A DNA stretch of 64,000 nucleotides from an uncultured Bacteroidales bacterium (lineage in GTDB: Bacteria; Bacteroidota; Bacteroidia; Bacteroidales; Bacteroidaceae), in NCBI GenBank assembly GCA_902787555.1, contig CADAGO010000018.1, positions 9,444 to 73,443 of the forward strand, read 5' to 3'. The notes under the pieces are model-generated. The model did no database searches. It had not been told where the DNA came from and was given only the letters and a program-made list of their open reading frames with translations. Position 1 is the stretch's first letter. The number at the start of each line of letters is the position of its first letter. This document shows, one piece after another, positions 44,977 to 55,823 of this stretch. The position numbers and the translations under genes are program-made.

Positions 44977-46134
44977 TCAGGAAAGCTTACGTGCTCCATC
45001 GCCAATGAACACGTCGATGATTTTGCAAGCTTTGCCGAATTTCTTTTTATATTGTACTTTACATTCTTGAACAAATGTTGCATAGAGTTCGTTACTAACA
45101 AGGTTAATAGTGCATCCACCGAATCCTCCGCCCATAATGCGCGAACCGGTCACACCACAGTCACGAGCTAATTCTACAAGGAAGTCGAGTTCTTCACAAC
45201 TTACTTCGTAGTCCTTGCTAAGTCCTTCGTGAGTTTCATACATCTTTTCGCCTACGGTCTCGTAATCTCCTGCTTTGAGGGCATCACAAACTGCGAGCAC
45301 GCGATCTACTTCACCAAGCACATACTTGGCACGACGATAGTCTACTTCGCTCACTTTATCTTTAACTGATTCAAGGTCGTCCCAAGTGCAATCACGGAGT
45401 GTTTCTACGTTTGGCTTGTTTGCTTTCACCGCGTTTACAACATTTTCACAACTCTGTCTGCGATCATTATAAGGACTACCTACAAGTTCATGCTTTACAC
45501 ATGAATTAATGAGTACTAACTTATAACCTTTTGGATTCCATGGGAAGTATTCATATTCGCCTGAACGACAATCAAGGCGCATGAGACTACCTTTTTGTCC
45601 GAACATAGACGCAAACTGGTCCATGATGCCGCAGTTAACGCCGATATAGTTATGTTCGGTTGCTTGACCTACTTTGGCAAGTTCCATCTTATCGAGGTTT
45701 CCACCAAACATATCGTTCAGAGCAAAAGCGTATGTGCTTTCGAGAGCAGCACTTGAAGACATACCAGAACCAAGTGGAACATCACCTGCGAATGCAGTGT
45801 CAAAACCTTCTACTTTTACACCACGTTTCATCATTTCTCGGGCTACTCCAAATATGTAACGGAAATGTGTTGAACGTGGACCTTTTTCATCATCAAGGGA
45901 GAATTCATAATAATCTTTCAAATCAATGGAATATGCGCGAATATTACGAGTTCCATTTGGTTTGATTTCGGCAATCATGCCTTGTTCTACAGCACCTGGG
46001 AATACGAATCCTCCATTGTAATCAGTATGCTCGCCGATTAGATTAATACGACCAGGTGCAGCATAAATTGTGCCAGTAGTTCCATCGAAATGCTTGATGA
46101 AACGGCTTCTTACGTCATCGATAGTTAGTCTCAT
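44977..46134 (-). CDS. galK: Galactokinase
   Basis: 385-aa ORF. Motifs: GRINLIGEHTDYNGG, PLGSGMSSSAALE and GGGFGGCT. Confidence 0.92.
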   Translation of the reverse strand: MRLTIDDVRSRFIKHFDGTTGTIYAAPGRINLIGEHTDYNGGFVFPGAVEQGMIAEIKPNGTRNIRAYSIDLKDYYEFSLDDEKGPRSTHFRYIFGVAREMMKRGVKVEGFDTAFAGDVPLGSGMSSSAALESTYAFALNDMFGGNLDKMELAKVGQATEHNYIGVNCGIMDQFASMFGQKGSLMRLDCRSGEYEYFPWNPKGYKLVLINSCVKHELVGSPYNDRRQSCENVVNAVKANKPNVETLRDCTWDDLESVKDKVSEVDYRRAKYVLGEVDRVLAVCDALKAGDYETVGEKMYETHEGLSKDYEVSCEELDFLVELARDCGVTGSRIMGGGFGGCTINLVSNELYATFVQECKVQYKKKFGKACKIIDVFIGDGARKLS

Positions 46135-46152
46135 ATTGCTTAGTGTTTAAAA

Positions 46153-47244
46153 TTATTGATTATCTGTTCCAAATTTGTAAATTGTCTTTTGGGTGTAAGT
46201 TTCACCTGGACAAAGAACCACAGAAGGGTAATAGGGGCGATTTGGACTATCTGGGAAATGCTGTGCTTCGAAGCAGATGGCACTTCTGCGTGGATAAGTA
46301 GCCCCGTGCGTTCCTTTCTGACCGCTTCCCCAATTGTCTGAATAGCATTGTACACCAGGTTCTGTTGTAAATACCTCCATTGTTCTTCCTGAATGAGGTT
46401 CAGTAATCTTAGCGGCAAAACTAAGTTCGCCAACCTCTTTCTTATTCAGTACGTAGCAATGATCGTAACCTGCACCGTTTCTGATTTGAACGTCATCAGC
46501 ATCAATATCTTGACCTACGGGTTTAGGTGTGCGGAAGTCAAATGGTGTGCCGGCAACAGGTGCTATTGGTCCTAACGGAATAGCAGTCTCATCGATTGGA
46601 ATATAATGGTCGGCATTGATTTCGCAGACAAGATCGTCAATAACAGGTGTTGGGTCAGCAATACCTGCAAGAGCGAAATAGCCATGGTTGGTGAGGTTCA
46701 CAACAGTTTTCTTGTCTGTTGTTGCCTTGTAATCAATAACTAATGCATTTTCGTCATTGAATTGATAAACCACTGTGACATCCAATTTTCCTGGGAACCC
46801 CTCTTCCATATCAGCTGCTGTATAATGCAACTCCAACGTCTGGGCATCAATTTGTTTGGCATCCCATACTCGGGCGTGGAATCCTGTAGGACCTCCATGC
46901 AGGGAGTTTTCGCCATTATTGAGAGCCAATGTATATTCTTTGCCATCTAATGTGAATCGACCTTTGCAAATACGGTTGCCATATCGTCCAATGAGTGTAC
47001 TGAGGAATGGCTCAGGTTTGTTAACAACATCATTGATGTTATCGTGACCCATGATGACGTTAGCAATTTTACCATTACGGTCGGGAACCATAATGGCTAC
47101 CATTGCACCACCATAGTTAGTTATTGCAACTTCGTAACCTTTAGTGTTACGTAATACAAACAAATCTGTTCTTTTACCTTGGATTTCTGTCTGAAAATCC
47201 TCTCTTTTTAAACCTGATAGGTTTTTTGTTATGCATTCGCTCAT
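46153..47244 (-). CDS. galM: Aldose 1-epimerase (cytoplasmic form)
   Basis: 363-aa ORF with no signal peptide. Motifs: IGRYGNRI, SLHGGP, NLTNHGYFAL and YDHCY. Confidence 0.85.
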   Translation of the reverse strand: MSECITKNLSGLKREDFQTEIQGKRTDLFVLRNTKGYEVAITNYGGAMVAIMVPDRNGKIANVIMGHDNINDVVNKPEPFLSTLIGRYGNRICKGRFTLDGKEYTLALNNGENSLHGGPTGFHARVWDAKQIDAQTLELHYTAADMEEGFPGKLDVTVVYQFNDENALVIDYKATTDKKTVVNLTNHGYFALAGIADPTPVIDDLVCEINADHYIPIDETAIPLGPIAPVAGTPFDFRTPKPVGQDIDADDVQIRNGAGYDHCYVLNKKEVGELSFAAKITEPHSGRTMEVFTTEPGVQCYSDNWGSGQKGTHGATYPRRSAICFEAQHFPDSPNRPYYPSVVLCPGETYTQKTIYKFGTDNQ

Positions 47245-47330
47245 TTGAGTAAGGAATTATTGTTAGTCAATGAATTTATTGCAAATAAAGTGTTTTTTTT
47301 TCAAATATGCAAATTATTTGGCAATGATTT

Positions 47331-48581
47331 TCATAAATGCATGTTTTTTTCTCTATAACTAAGGAAATCTGCAACTACGAATGTACTTCCACCAACAAAA
47401 ATGACATCTTTTGCATCAGCTTGATTTATGGCTTTTTTATATGCATTTTCTACTGTTTTATAAGCATTTCCTACAAGTCCGTGCTTTTTTGCCAGTTTTT
47501 TCAGTTCTTTGTATGGCATTGCTCGTTTTACGCTTGCTTGGCAGAAATAATAAACAGCATGTTTAGGCATCAGTTCAAGTACGCTGTTGATGTCTTTATC
47601 ATTCACCATTCCAAATACAATCCTGAGAGTTTGGCATTGCAGTTCCTTGAGTTGTTGGGATGTATAGGTAATGCCTCCTACATTATGCCCCGTATCACAA
47701 ATGACGGTTGGTTTTTGTTGGATAGTTTGCCATCTTCCTCTTAGTCCAGTGTTACTACTAACATGTAACAATCCTTTGCGAATATGCTCATTGCTGATAT
47801 GATATCCTTGATGTATAAGTTGATCAATCGCACAAAGGGAAGTCTGTTTGTTCTTAGCTTGATACAATCCTGTCAGTTCGAATGCGTAAGATCCCTCAGA
47901 TTTGAACTGCTCTGCAAACACTATGTCTGCTTGCACTTCTATGGCTTTTGCAAGGAATACAGGAGTTGTTTCTTCATGTTCTTCTCCAATCACTACAGGC
48001 ACTTGGGGCTTGATGATTCCTGCTTTCTCGCTTGCGATTTTGGCTAATGTGTTGCCAAGATATTGTACATGATCAAAACTGATATTGGTGATGACGCATA
48101 AATCAGGTGTGATGATATTCGTACAATCTAATCTTCCTCCCAGGCCTACCTCAACCACAGCTACATCTATTTTCTGTTCTGCAAAGTATTTGAATGCCAT
48201 TGCAGTTGTCAATTCAAAGAAAGTAGGGTGGAGTGGTTCAAAGAAACTCCGTTCATTGTCAATGAAGTCCATGATGTATTGCTCTGAAATCATTTTCCCG
48301 TTTACACGAATACGTTCACGAAAATTTGTAAGATGAGGAGATGTAAACAGCCCCACCTTGTATCCTGCTTCTTGAAGAACAGAGGCAATCGTATGTGAAC
48401 AAGAACCTTTACCGTTGGTTCCCGCAATATGAATAGAATGAAATTGTGTATGAGGATGTCCAAAGTGCTCGTCCAAAATATGTGTGTTCTCAAGTCCTGC
48501 CTTGTATGCTTGGCTTCCTACGTTTTGAAACATAGGGACTTGAGTAAAAAGATAGTCTGTGTATTCTTTGAACTTGGACAT
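47331..48581 (-). CDS. folC: Bifunctional folylpolyglutamate synthase / dihydrofolate synthase
   Basis: The ORF track starts at a TTG at 48590; the ATG at 48581 gives MSKFKEY... It is a Mur-ligase family member with HIAGTNGKGS. Confidence 0.85.
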   Translation of the reverse strand: MSKFKEYTDYLFTQVPMFQNVGSQAYKAGLENTHILDEHFGHPHTQFHSIHIAGTNGKGSCSHTIASVLQEAGYKVGLFTSPHLTNFRERIRVNGKMISEQYIMDFIDNERSFFEPLHPTFFELTTAMAFKYFAEQKIDVAVVEVGLGGRLDCTNIITPDLCVITNISFDHVQYLGNTLAKIASEKAGIIKPQVPVVIGEEHEETTPVFLAKAIEVQADIVFAEQFKSEGSYAFELTGLYQAKNKQTSLCAIDQLIHQGYHISNEHIRKGLLHVSSNTGLRGRWQTIQQKPTVICDTGHNVGGITYTSQQLKELQCQTLRIVFGMVNDKDINSVLELMPKHAVYYFCQASVKRAMPYKELKKLAKKHGLVGNAYKTVENAYKKAINQADAKDVIFVGGSTFVVADFLSYREKNMHL

Positions 48582-48582
48582 A

Positions 48583-49758
48583 TTAATCAAAGATTGCTTT
48601 GAATTTCCTCATGATTTTTTCCTTGATACTCTCCGTAGGTATGAAGTTTTCGCTATTAGCCATCTTCTGTACCATTTCTTTCTCCTCTTTGTTTAGTGTT
48701 TCTGGCATATAGACACTGACATTGATGACTTCGTCTCCTCTTTGTCCTTTATTGTAACCTTGTACCTGAGGAATTCCTTTTCCTCTCAAGCGAAGCACAG
48801 AGCCAGGTTGTGTTCCTGGTGTAATTGTAATTTTAGCAGTTCCATCTACGGTTGGTACATCAACAGAGCCTCCGAGAATGGCTGTGGGAATAGGTAGGAT
48901 GAGATTATATACCAAATCATTGCCATCTCTGACAAGTTTCGCATCTTCCAGCTCATGAATCACAATGTGCAGGTCACCATTAACACCACCTCTACGTCCG
49001 GCACCACCCTTGCCTGATACATTGAGCACCATATCATTGGCAAGTCCGGCAGGGAAGTTCACCTCAACGATTTCTTCTCCCATTACGATACCTTCACCAC
49101 CACATTGCGAGCACTTGTTCTTGATGACGGTTCCTTCTCCATGACATTCCGGACACACACTTTGAGTGCGCATCATGCCTAGGAAACTCTGCTGAGTCTT
49201 GATGATGTATCCTGAACCCTTACAGGTCTGGCATGTCGATGTGTTTCCGTCTTCTGAACCTGTTCCGTGACAATGTGTACATGTGACATGCTTCCGCAAT
49301 TTGAATTTCTTGGTTGTACCATTAACGATTTCATTAAGATTTAAGTCAACTTTCAATCGCTGGTCCTGACCTTTGTAGACGGGTTTGCTTCCACGAGCAT
49401 TACCGCCAAAACCTCCAAAGCCTCCACCAAAACCGCTAAAACCTGAACCAAAGCCCATCCCTTCGAACACGTCTCCAAACATCGAGAAGATATCGTTCAT
49501 GTCCATGTTTTGGGCATTGAATCCACCTGCACCGCTGAGTCCCTCAAATCCAAATTGATCGTAACGCTGACGTTTGTCAGGGTCACGAAGTATGTCATAA
49601 GCTTCTGCAGCTTCTTTGAATTTTGTTTCGGCTTCCTTATCCCCTGGATTTCTGTCCGGGTGATATTTGATAGCCATTTGCTTGTATGCTTTCTTTATTT
49701 CGTCAGCACTGGCACTCTTGCTGACGCCCAGCACTTCATAATAGTCTCTTTTCGCCAT
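48583..49758 (-). CDS. dnaJ: Molecular chaperone DnaJ
   Basis: 391-aa ORF. It has a J-domain (YHPDRNPGD), a G/F-rich region and four CxxCxGxG zinc-finger repeats. Confidence 0.95.
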   Translation of the reverse strand: MAKRDYYEVLGVSKSASADEIKKAYKQMAIKYHPDRNPGDKEAETKFKEAAEAYDILRDPDKRQRYDQFGFEGLSGAGGFNAQNMDMNDIFSMFGDVFEGMGFGSGFSGFGGGFGGFGGNARGSKPVYKGQDQRLKVDLNLNEIVNGTTKKFKLRKHVTCTHCHGTGSEDGNTSTCQTCKGSGYIIKTQQSFLGMMRTQSVCPECHGEGTVIKNKCSQCGGEGIVMGEEIVEVNFPAGLANDMVLNVSGKGGAGRRGGVNGDLHIVIHELEDAKLVRDGNDLVYNLILPIPTAILGGSVDVPTVDGTAKITITPGTQPGSVLRLRGKGIPQVQGYNKGQRGDEVINVSVYMPETLNKEEKEMVQKMANSENFIPTESIKEKIMRKFKAIFD

Positions 49759-49767
49759 ATTCTCGTT

Positions 49768-50319
49768 TTAGTTGGCAACAACTACTTTCGCATATCTGAT
49801 GACCTTATCGTTAAGCGTGTAGCCCTTCGTTACACAGTCAATCACTTTTCCCTTCTGTTCGTCATTCTGGCTAGGCACCATCGTAATGGCTTCATGGTAG
49901 TTCACATCAAAGTCTTTGTCTGTGGTGTCTATTTCTTTCACGCCTTGGGAATTAAGGAACTTGATGAATTTGTCTATGATAAGTTCTACGCCCTTTTTTA
50001 CAGCATCTATATCAGTCATCTGTTCCATCTGCTGTTCTGCACGTTCCAAATCGTCTACGATAGGGAGAATATCGGTAAGTACTTTCTCTCCTCCGTTGAG
50101 AATCAGTTCTGCTTTCTCTTTCATTACACGACGACGATAGTTGTCAAATTCAGCAACTTGACGCAGATACTTGTCTTCTAGTTCCGCAATTTTTTCGTTT
50201 GCCTTCTCCAAGTCGGTCTTTTCGCCTTCTACAGGGATTTCTGTGGTTTCTTCTGTTGTCTGAGTTCCTTCAGTAGCAGCAGTGTCAACATCTTTCTTTA
50301 TTTCTTCTTTTTCTTTCAT
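49768..50319 (-). CDS. grpE: Nucleotide exchange factor GrpE
   Basis: The ORF track starts at 50367; the ATG at 50319 gives MKEKEEIKK... It has a GrpE C-terminal beta-domain (GYTLNDKVIRYAKVVV) and lies directly upstream of dnaJ. Confidence 0.9.
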   Translation of the reverse strand: MKEKEEIKKDVDTAATEGTQTTEETTEIPVEGEKTDLEKANEKIAELEDKYLRQVAEFDNYRRRVMKEKAELILNGGEKVLTDILPIVDDLERAEQQMEQMTDIDAVKKGVELIIDKFIKFLNSQGVKEIDTTDKDFDVNYHEAITMVPSQNDEQKGKVIDCVTKGYTLNDKVIRYAKVVVAN

Positions 50320-50382
50320 AATGTTAATAATTTGGTTCAGAAAGGCTATACGCAAAACTGGTGCCAATCAACGTTTTGTCCG

Positions 50383-51549
50383 TCAATCTGCCATTATGTC
50401 TTCTAATGCGTATCCTTTCGGCAGTTTCCTGCAATTATAGCAGGATGCCATTGATTCTCCGTATGCTCCTGCACTGAGTATGGCCAGCAGATCTCCTCGT
50501 TTTGCAGCATTCAGTTGGATGTCTGTGTCGAAAGTATCACTTGATTCACAGATTGGGCCCACTACATCGTATGTGTCGAGTGGCTCATTACTCGTCAGGT
50601 TGATAATCTTATGATGTGCACCATAAAGGGCAGGGCGAATCAGTTCTGTGAATCCTGCATCTACGATGGCAAACTTCTTGTTCGTATTGTCTTTTACGTA
50701 CAACACCTTTGTAATCAGACTTCCGCATTGTGCTACGATGGCTCGTCCGAGTTCGAAATGCAACTCCTGTCCTTCTCTTAGTTTGAGATGTTTGTTATAC
50801 ACATCGAAAAACTCCTTCATCGCAGGTATTGGATTCTTCAAAGGGTTATCGTAGTCGACACCCAGTCCGCCACCTACATCAATGATTTTTACACGGATGC
50901 CTTGTGCGTCCATCTGGTCTTGCAACTCATTGATACGCTTGCACAAAGCAACGAAATCGTTCATGTCGAGTATCTGGCTGCCGATGTGGAAGTGAAGTCC
51001 CAGCAGATTTACATTGCTCATCTGCTCTGTCCGATGTATCACATCGAACATGTGTGCCATATCTATGCCGAATTTGTTTTCTGACAAGCCGGTAGTGATA
51101 TTGGCATGCGTATGTGCTCCTACGTTAGGATTGATTCTGAGGCATATATCTGCCACCTTTCCTTTGCGATGTGCTATTTCGTTGAGGACTTCCAATTCAG
51201 GAATACTTTCCACATTGAAACAACGTATACCGCAATCAATACCTAGTTCTATCTCCCAGTCTGCTTTGCCTACACCAGCAAACATGATGCTTTCAGCAGG
51301 GAAACCTGCTTTCAGAGCTGCTTCTATTTCTCCACCACTCACACAATCAATTCCCAGTCCCGCCTCCCGTATCGGTTTTAATACGATAGGGTTAGCGTTT
51401 GCCTTGATGGCATAGTGCATATAATAGTTGTCGTGGCTACTCATTTCCTTCTTCAATGCTGTCAGTGTTTCTTTCAGCAATTGTATATTATAATAATAAT
51501 AAGGTGTAGCCTTTGTTTTCAGTGCGTCCACTGGGAATGTCTGTGTCAT
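50383..51549 (-). CDS. lysA: Diaminopimelate decarboxylase
   Basis: 388-aa ORF. Motifs: YAIKANANP (PLP Lys), HFHIGSQ, DVGGGLGV and GPICESSD. Confidence 0.88.
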   Translation of the reverse strand: MTQTFPVDALKTKATPYYYYNIQLLKETLTALKKEMSSHDNYYMHYAIKANANPIVLKPIREAGLGIDCVSGGEIEAALKAGFPAESIMFAGVGKADWEIELGIDCGIRCFNVESIPELEVLNEIAHRKGKVADICLRINPNVGAHTHANITTGLSENKFGIDMAHMFDVIHRTEQMSNVNLLGLHFHIGSQILDMNDFVALCKRINELQDQMDAQGIRVKIIDVGGGLGVDYDNPLKNPIPAMKEFFDVYNKHLKLREGQELHFELGRAIVAQCGSLITKVLYVKDNTNKKFAIVDAGFTELIRPALYGAHHKIINLTSNEPLDTYDVVGPICESSDTFDTDIQLNAAKRGDLLAILSAGAYGESMASCYNCRKLPKGYALEDIMAD

Positions 51550-51583
51550 GTGTCGTTGTGTTAGTCTGGGTTGATGTCGTGTG

Positions 51584-52903
51584 TTATTTGTTATTGAACA
51601 AGTGATTGCTCAGTGATTGCAGTGCTTTTTGCTTGTCGGCAGCTGCTACGAGGAACGAGATGTTATGATTACTACCTCCGTAGCTAATCATACGTACAGG
51701 TACCTCCTTCATGGTTTCTGTAGCTAATGACTCAAATCCGATGTTATGCCAGTCGAGGTCACCTACCACGCAGATGATACACATATCTACATCTACAGTC
51801 ACAGTACCGAGTTTCTTCAGTTCGTTCAGAATGTTGCTAAGGTTGCTAGTGTTGTCGATAGATACAGATACACCCACCTCACTTGTCGTTACCATATCGA
51901 TACTGGTCTTGTACGTTTCGAAGATTTCAAATACCTTGCGTAGGAAACCATATGCGAGCAACATGCGGCTAGATGTGATATTGATAGCAGTGATATTGTC
52001 TTTTGCAGCAACTGCCTTGATCGTGCCGCGATGTGTCTTGTTACTGATGGTCGTACCAGGTGCAGTAGGATCCATCGTGTTAAGTAATCTCACTGGGATG
52101 CCTGCGAACTTGGCTGGCTGTACACAAGTAGGGTGAAGTATCTTTGCCCCGAAATAGGCCAACTCAGATGCTTCCTCAAAACTGAGACTGTCGATAGGGG
52201 AGGTCTTATCCACGAATCGGGGATCGTTGTTGTGCATACCATCGATATCGGTCCATATCTGAATCTCGCTGGCACCGATTGCTGCACCTATGAGTGAAGC
52301 AGTATAGTCGGAGCCGCCTCTTTGTAGATTGTCTACCTCGCCATAAGCGTTCTTGCAGATGAATCCCTGAGTGATATATATAGCCTTGTCTGGACATTCA
52401 GCCATAATCAGTTTCAGTTTTTCACGGATATACTCCAAGTCTGGTTCTGCGTTTTTGTCTGTACGCATGAATTCCAAAGCAGGCAGTAATTCCACATCGA
52501 TACCCAGTTCCTTGATGTAGAAAGTCACCATGTTGGTACTGAGGATTTCTCCTTGACCTACGATGATTTTCTCTTCGAACATCGTAAAGATACCTTTTGT
52601 GAATGAGCGGATATAGTCAAACTCCTCTTTTAGGAAGTCTTTAGCCTGTTTCTTGTATTCGTCAGTTGTGTACAGGTCTTCTACATGTTGCATGTATTTC
52701 TCTTCGAGTTTGTTGATGTTTTCATTTGCACCTACAGGGTTTTTCTTGTGCAAGTAGTCAGCAATCTCATATAGTTGGTTGGTAGTACCCGACATAGCTG
52801 AAAGGACGACAATCTTCTGTTCGCCGTCATTAATCAGCTTAACCACTTCTTTCATTCTTTGAGGTGTCCCTACGGAAGTTCCTCCAAACTTAAGTACTTT
52901 CAT
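51584..52903 (-). CDS. lysC: Aspartate kinase
   Basis: 439-aa ORF. It has MKVLKFGGTSVG, GGSDYTA and C-terminal ACT-like repeats. Confidence 0.88.
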   Translation of the reverse strand: MKVLKFGGTSVGTPQRMKEVVKLINDGEQKIVVLSAMSGTTNQLYEIADYLHKKNPVGANENINKLEEKYMQHVEDLYTTDEYKKQAKDFLKEEFDYIRSFTKGIFTMFEEKIIVGQGEILSTNMVTFYIKELGIDVELLPALEFMRTDKNAEPDLEYIREKLKLIMAECPDKAIYITQGFICKNAYGEVDNLQRGGSDYTASLIGAAIGASEIQIWTDIDGMHNNDPRFVDKTSPIDSLSFEEASELAYFGAKILHPTCVQPAKFAGIPVRLLNTMDPTAPGTTISNKTHRGTIKAVAAKDNITAINITSSRMLLAYGFLRKVFEIFETYKTSIDMVTTSEVGVSVSIDNTSNLSNILNELKKLGTVTVDVDMCIICVVGDLDWHNIGFESLATETMKEVPVRMISYGGSNHNISFLVAAADKQKALQSLSNHLFNNK

Positions 52904-52918
52904 TTTCTTATCTTTATT

Positions 52919-53629
52919 TTATGCTTGTTCGTTCACTTCTTGTTCTGCGGCTTTCAGATTGTCATACTGAATCTCTATCAATTCTTTGTTTTTACATTCG
53001 AATACCCTACCAGGGAACATTTCCAACAAGTTTAAGTTGTGAGTAATCATTACTACAGTCGCACCCTGTTCCTTCACAATCCTATGCAGCAGTTCAGTAA
53101 TCAACTTGCTTGTCTCGGCATCGAGGTTACCTGTTGGTTCGTCGGCAAGTATCAGCTTAGGATAGTTGAGAATTGAGCGTGCGATAGCGATACGTTGCTG
53201 TTCGCCTCCCGACAATTCGCTGGGCAGCTTGTAGCCTTTCGTGCTCATACCCACTAATTCCAATACCTCTTCTATACGGTTGTTTATTTCCTCCTTGTTC
53301 TTCCATCCTGTTGCTTTCAATACAAATCGTAGATTGGCATCTACTGTGCGGTCAGTCAGCAGTTGGAAGTCTTGGAATATCACACCCAGTTTCTTACGAA
53401 GGTTAGGCAGGTGTTTGCGTTTCAGGGTACTCATGTCGTACTCCATCACGGATGCTTCACCGCTATGGATAGGCAGTTCACCGTAGAGAGTCTTGATGAG
53501 TGTACTTTTGCCAGAACCTACCTTGCCGATAACATACACAAACTCGCCCTCATCGATGCTGAAGGTCACATCAGCCAGTACTTCTTGTACTTCCTGATAG
53601 ATGTCTACATGCTTGTATTCTATTAACAT
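52919..53629 (-). CDS. ftsE: FtsE-like ABC ATPase (cell-division ATP-binding protein type)
   Basis: The ORF track starts at a TTG at 53644; the ATG at 53629 gives MLIEYKHVDIY... Motifs: Walker A GKVGSGKST, signature LSGGEQQR and Walker B LILADEPTGNLD. No ftsX is adjacent. Confidence 0.75.
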   Translation of the reverse strand: MLIEYKHVDIYQEVQEVLADVTFSIDEGEFVYVIGKVGSGKSTLIKTLYGELPIHSGEASVMEYDMSTLKRKHLPNLRKKLGVIFQDFQLLTDRTVDANLRFVLKATGWKNKEEINNRIEEVLELVGMSTKGYKLPSELSGGEQQRIAIARSILNYPKLILADEPTGNLDAETSKLITELLHRIVKEQGATVVMITHNLNLLEMFPGRVFECKNKELIEIQYDNLKAAEQEVNEQA

Positions 53630-53640
53630 AGTCTCCGTCT

Positions 53641-54252
53641 TCAATGCTTATGCCAACTTGGATCGTGGCGTTCGATGAGCTCTTTTGCAATGTCCTCTAT
53701 GCTCAGTCCTTTGGATGTGAGCAGTACGATGAGGTGGTAGAACATGTCAGAAGCCTCGTATATCATACGTTCGTTGTCACCTTTCATCGATTCGATGACC
53801 AGTTCTACGGCTTCTTCACCCACTTTCTGGGTCATGCGGCTAAGTCCATCCTTGAATAGGCTGGTGGTGTACGAACCTTCGGGCATCTCCTCATGACGCT
53901 TCTCTATGAAACGCTGCAGTTCAGTGAGGAACATAATCGGATTTTCGTTCTTCTCGTCCCAGCAGGTGTCAGCACCTGTGTGGCATACTGGACCTACAGG
54001 GTTTACCTTGATAAGAAGAGTATCGTTATCGCAGTCGTTCTTAATATCTACCACGTTCAGAAAGTTTCCACTGGTTTCACCTTTGGTCCATAACCGGTTC
54101 TTTGTACGGCTCCAGAATGTCACCTTACCCGTTTCCACCGTTTTCTGATAGGCCTCTTGGTTCATGAACCCCAACATTAGTACTTTCAGTGTCTTGTTGT
54201 CTTGAATGATAGCTGGTACAAGTCCATCCATCTTTGCAAAATCTATAGCCAT
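53641..54252 (-). CDS. hisIE: Bifunctional phosphoribosyl-AMP cyclohydrolase / phosphoribosyl-ATP diphosphatase
   Basis: 203-aa ORF. The HisI block is WSRTKNRLWTKGETSGN...CHTG, and a HisE-like helical C-terminus follows (EEAVELVIE). Confidence 0.9.
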   Translation of the reverse strand: MAIDFAKMDGLVPAIIQDNKTLKVLMLGFMNQEAYQKTVETGKVTFWSRTKNRLWTKGETSGNFLNVVDIKNDCDNDTLLIKVNPVGPVCHTGADTCWDEKNENPIMFLTELQRFIEKRHEEMPEGSYTTSLFKDGLSRMTQKVGEEAVELVIESMKGDNERMIYEASDMFYHLIVLLTSKGLSIEDIAKELIERHDPSWHKH

Positions 54253-54315
54253 ATCTTTTCTATCTCATGTCCCCTATAATTCTCCTGTTTGGAGGGGTAG
54301 GGGAGTTTTTTATTT

Positions 54316-55068
54316 TTATCTAACACAAATTCCTTCTTTTCTCAAATAGTCTTTCAGCTCCTTGATGCCGATTTCGCCGAAATGAAACACGCTTGCTGCC
54401 AATGCTGCATCAGCATGTCCCTTGATGAAGGCATCTCTGAAGTGTTCCATCCTTCCTGCTCCTCCTGAGGCGATAACAGGGATGGATAGGGTAGAGGCGA
54501 GAGTAGCGAGGGCTTCGTTTGCAAAACCTTCTTTCACTCCGTCGTGATCCATACTAGTGAATAGAATCTCACCTGCACCACGGTCATTAGCTTCCTTTGC
54601 CCACTGAAACAGGTCGCGCTCGGTTTCTAATCGTCCTCCGTTGAGGAAGCAGCGCCACCCCTGCAATGTCTGCTTGGCATCGATTGCAACTACACATACC
54701 TGACTGCCAAAATGACTTGCTATCTCGTTAATGAGCTCAGGACGACGTATAGCTGCCGAGTTGATGCTTACCTTGTCAGCACCTGCATTGAGCAGACGAT
54801 CCACATCGCTCAATTCATTGATACCTCCACCTACTGTGAAAGGAATATTGATCTCGCGGGCAATACGTCCAACCAGTTCGGTAAAGGTTTTACGACCTTC
54901 ATGACTGGCAGTGATATCGAGATACACCAACTCGTCTGCTCCCTGATCACTATATGCCTTACCCAGTTCTATAGGGTCACCCGCACTGCGAAGTCCCACA
55001 AAGTTGACTCCTTTCACGGTCTGTCCGTCTTTGATATCCAGACAAGGTATAATTCGCTTTGCTAACAC
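54316..55068 (-). CDS. hisF: Imidazole glycerol phosphate synthase cyclase subunit
   Basis: 250-aa ORF with a GTG start giving the canonical [11 protein letters not shown]. Motifs: ADELVYLDI and GGGI. Confidence 0.92.
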   Translation of the reverse strand: MLAKRIIPCLDIKDGQTVKGVNFVGLRSAGDPIELGKAYSDQGADELVYLDITASHEGRKTFTELVGRIAREINIPFTVGGGINELSDVDRLLNAGADKVSINSAAIRRPELINEIASHFGSQVCVVAIDAKQTLQGWRCFLNGGRLETERDLFQWAKEANDRGAGEILFTSMDHDGVKEGFANEALATLASTLSIPVIASGGAGRMEHFRDAFIKGHADAALAASVFHFGEIGIKELKDYLRKEGICVR

Positions 55069-55781
55069 AGTCTTTTCAAATTTTCAATATTTATTCTCCC
55101 TTCATAGAACGCTTTACCAAATACCACAGCAGGGATGCCAGCGTTGTCAAGTGCAATGATATCACCGTTATTACTCACGCCTCCGCTTGCAATAAGGTGA
55201 CAGTCAGGGAATCGTTCCATGATGCTGCGATAGAGGTCGATGTTCGGCCCTTGCAACATACCGTCCTTACTGATGTCTGTACACAGCACATTGCGGATGC
55301 CGCGACCCATATAGTCCTCGAGGAAAGGCATGAGGTCGATGTCGCAATCCTCCTGCCACCCGTTGATGCTGATTTTCTGGTCGTGTACATCAGCTCCGAG
55401 TATGAGGCGTTCGGCACCATATCGTTCTATCCAACCATATACCGTCTCGCGGTCAGTTGCAGCGATGCTGCCTGCTGTAGCCATTGCTGCTCCTGCATCA
55501 AAAACTTTCTCCAGATCTTCTTCAGTCTTGATTCCTCCTCCAAAGTCTACGATGAGATTCGTTTCACGGCAGATGTCTCTCAAGATGCGGTCGTTCACTA
55601 CATGCTTCGATTTCGCACCGTCGAGGTCCACGAGATGCAGGCGTTTGATACCTTTCGCTTCGAACATCTTCGCTACTTCCAGCGGATTGTCATCATACAC
55701 TTTCTTCTGTGCGTAGTCACCCTTGGTAAGGCGTACACACTTCCCTTCAATCATATCTATCGCTGGTATAATCTCAATCAT
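55062..55781 (-). CDS. hisA: Phosphoribosylformimino-AICAR-P isomerase
   Basis: 239-aa ORF. Motifs: [23 protein letters not shown] and ASGGV. It overlaps hisF by 7 nt. Confidence 0.9.
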   Translation of the reverse strand: MIEIIPAIDMIEGKCVRLTKGDYAQKKVYDDNPLEVAKMFEAKGIKRLHLVDLDGAKSKHVVNDRILRDICRETNLIVDFGGGIKTEEDLEKVFDAGAAMATAGSIAATDRETVYGWIERYGAERLILGADVHDQKISINGWQEDCDIDLMPFLEDYMGRGIRNVLCTDISKDGMLQGPNIDLYRSIMERFPDCHLIASGGVSNNGDIIALDNAGIPAVVFGKAFYEGRINIENLKRLC

Positions 55782-55823
55782 TTCCGTCTGTTTAACTTAT
55801 CTTTTGACTCCTTTTTCAATGCT

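Noticed and set aside
49510-50181. 223-aa plus-strand ORF across dnaJ and grpE
   Set aside because: It is antisense to two unmistakable chaperone genes, and its translation is Phe/Leu/Val-rich with no recognisable features.
52919-53629. ftsE-like gene without ftsX, wedged between his and lys genes, as a possible anomaly
   Set aside because: Separate genomic locations of ftsE-like ATPases and their permeases are, as far as I recall, common in Bacteroidota. Nothing in the sequence itself is unusual.
54262-54310. tcccctataattctcctgtttggaggggtaggggag between hisIE and hisF, considered as a fourth copy of the C4/G6 element
   Set aside because: Its architecture differs: C4, 19 nt, then G4-TA-G4. 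Its sequence identity to the 33-mer is poor. It is more likely just an intergenic hairpin.
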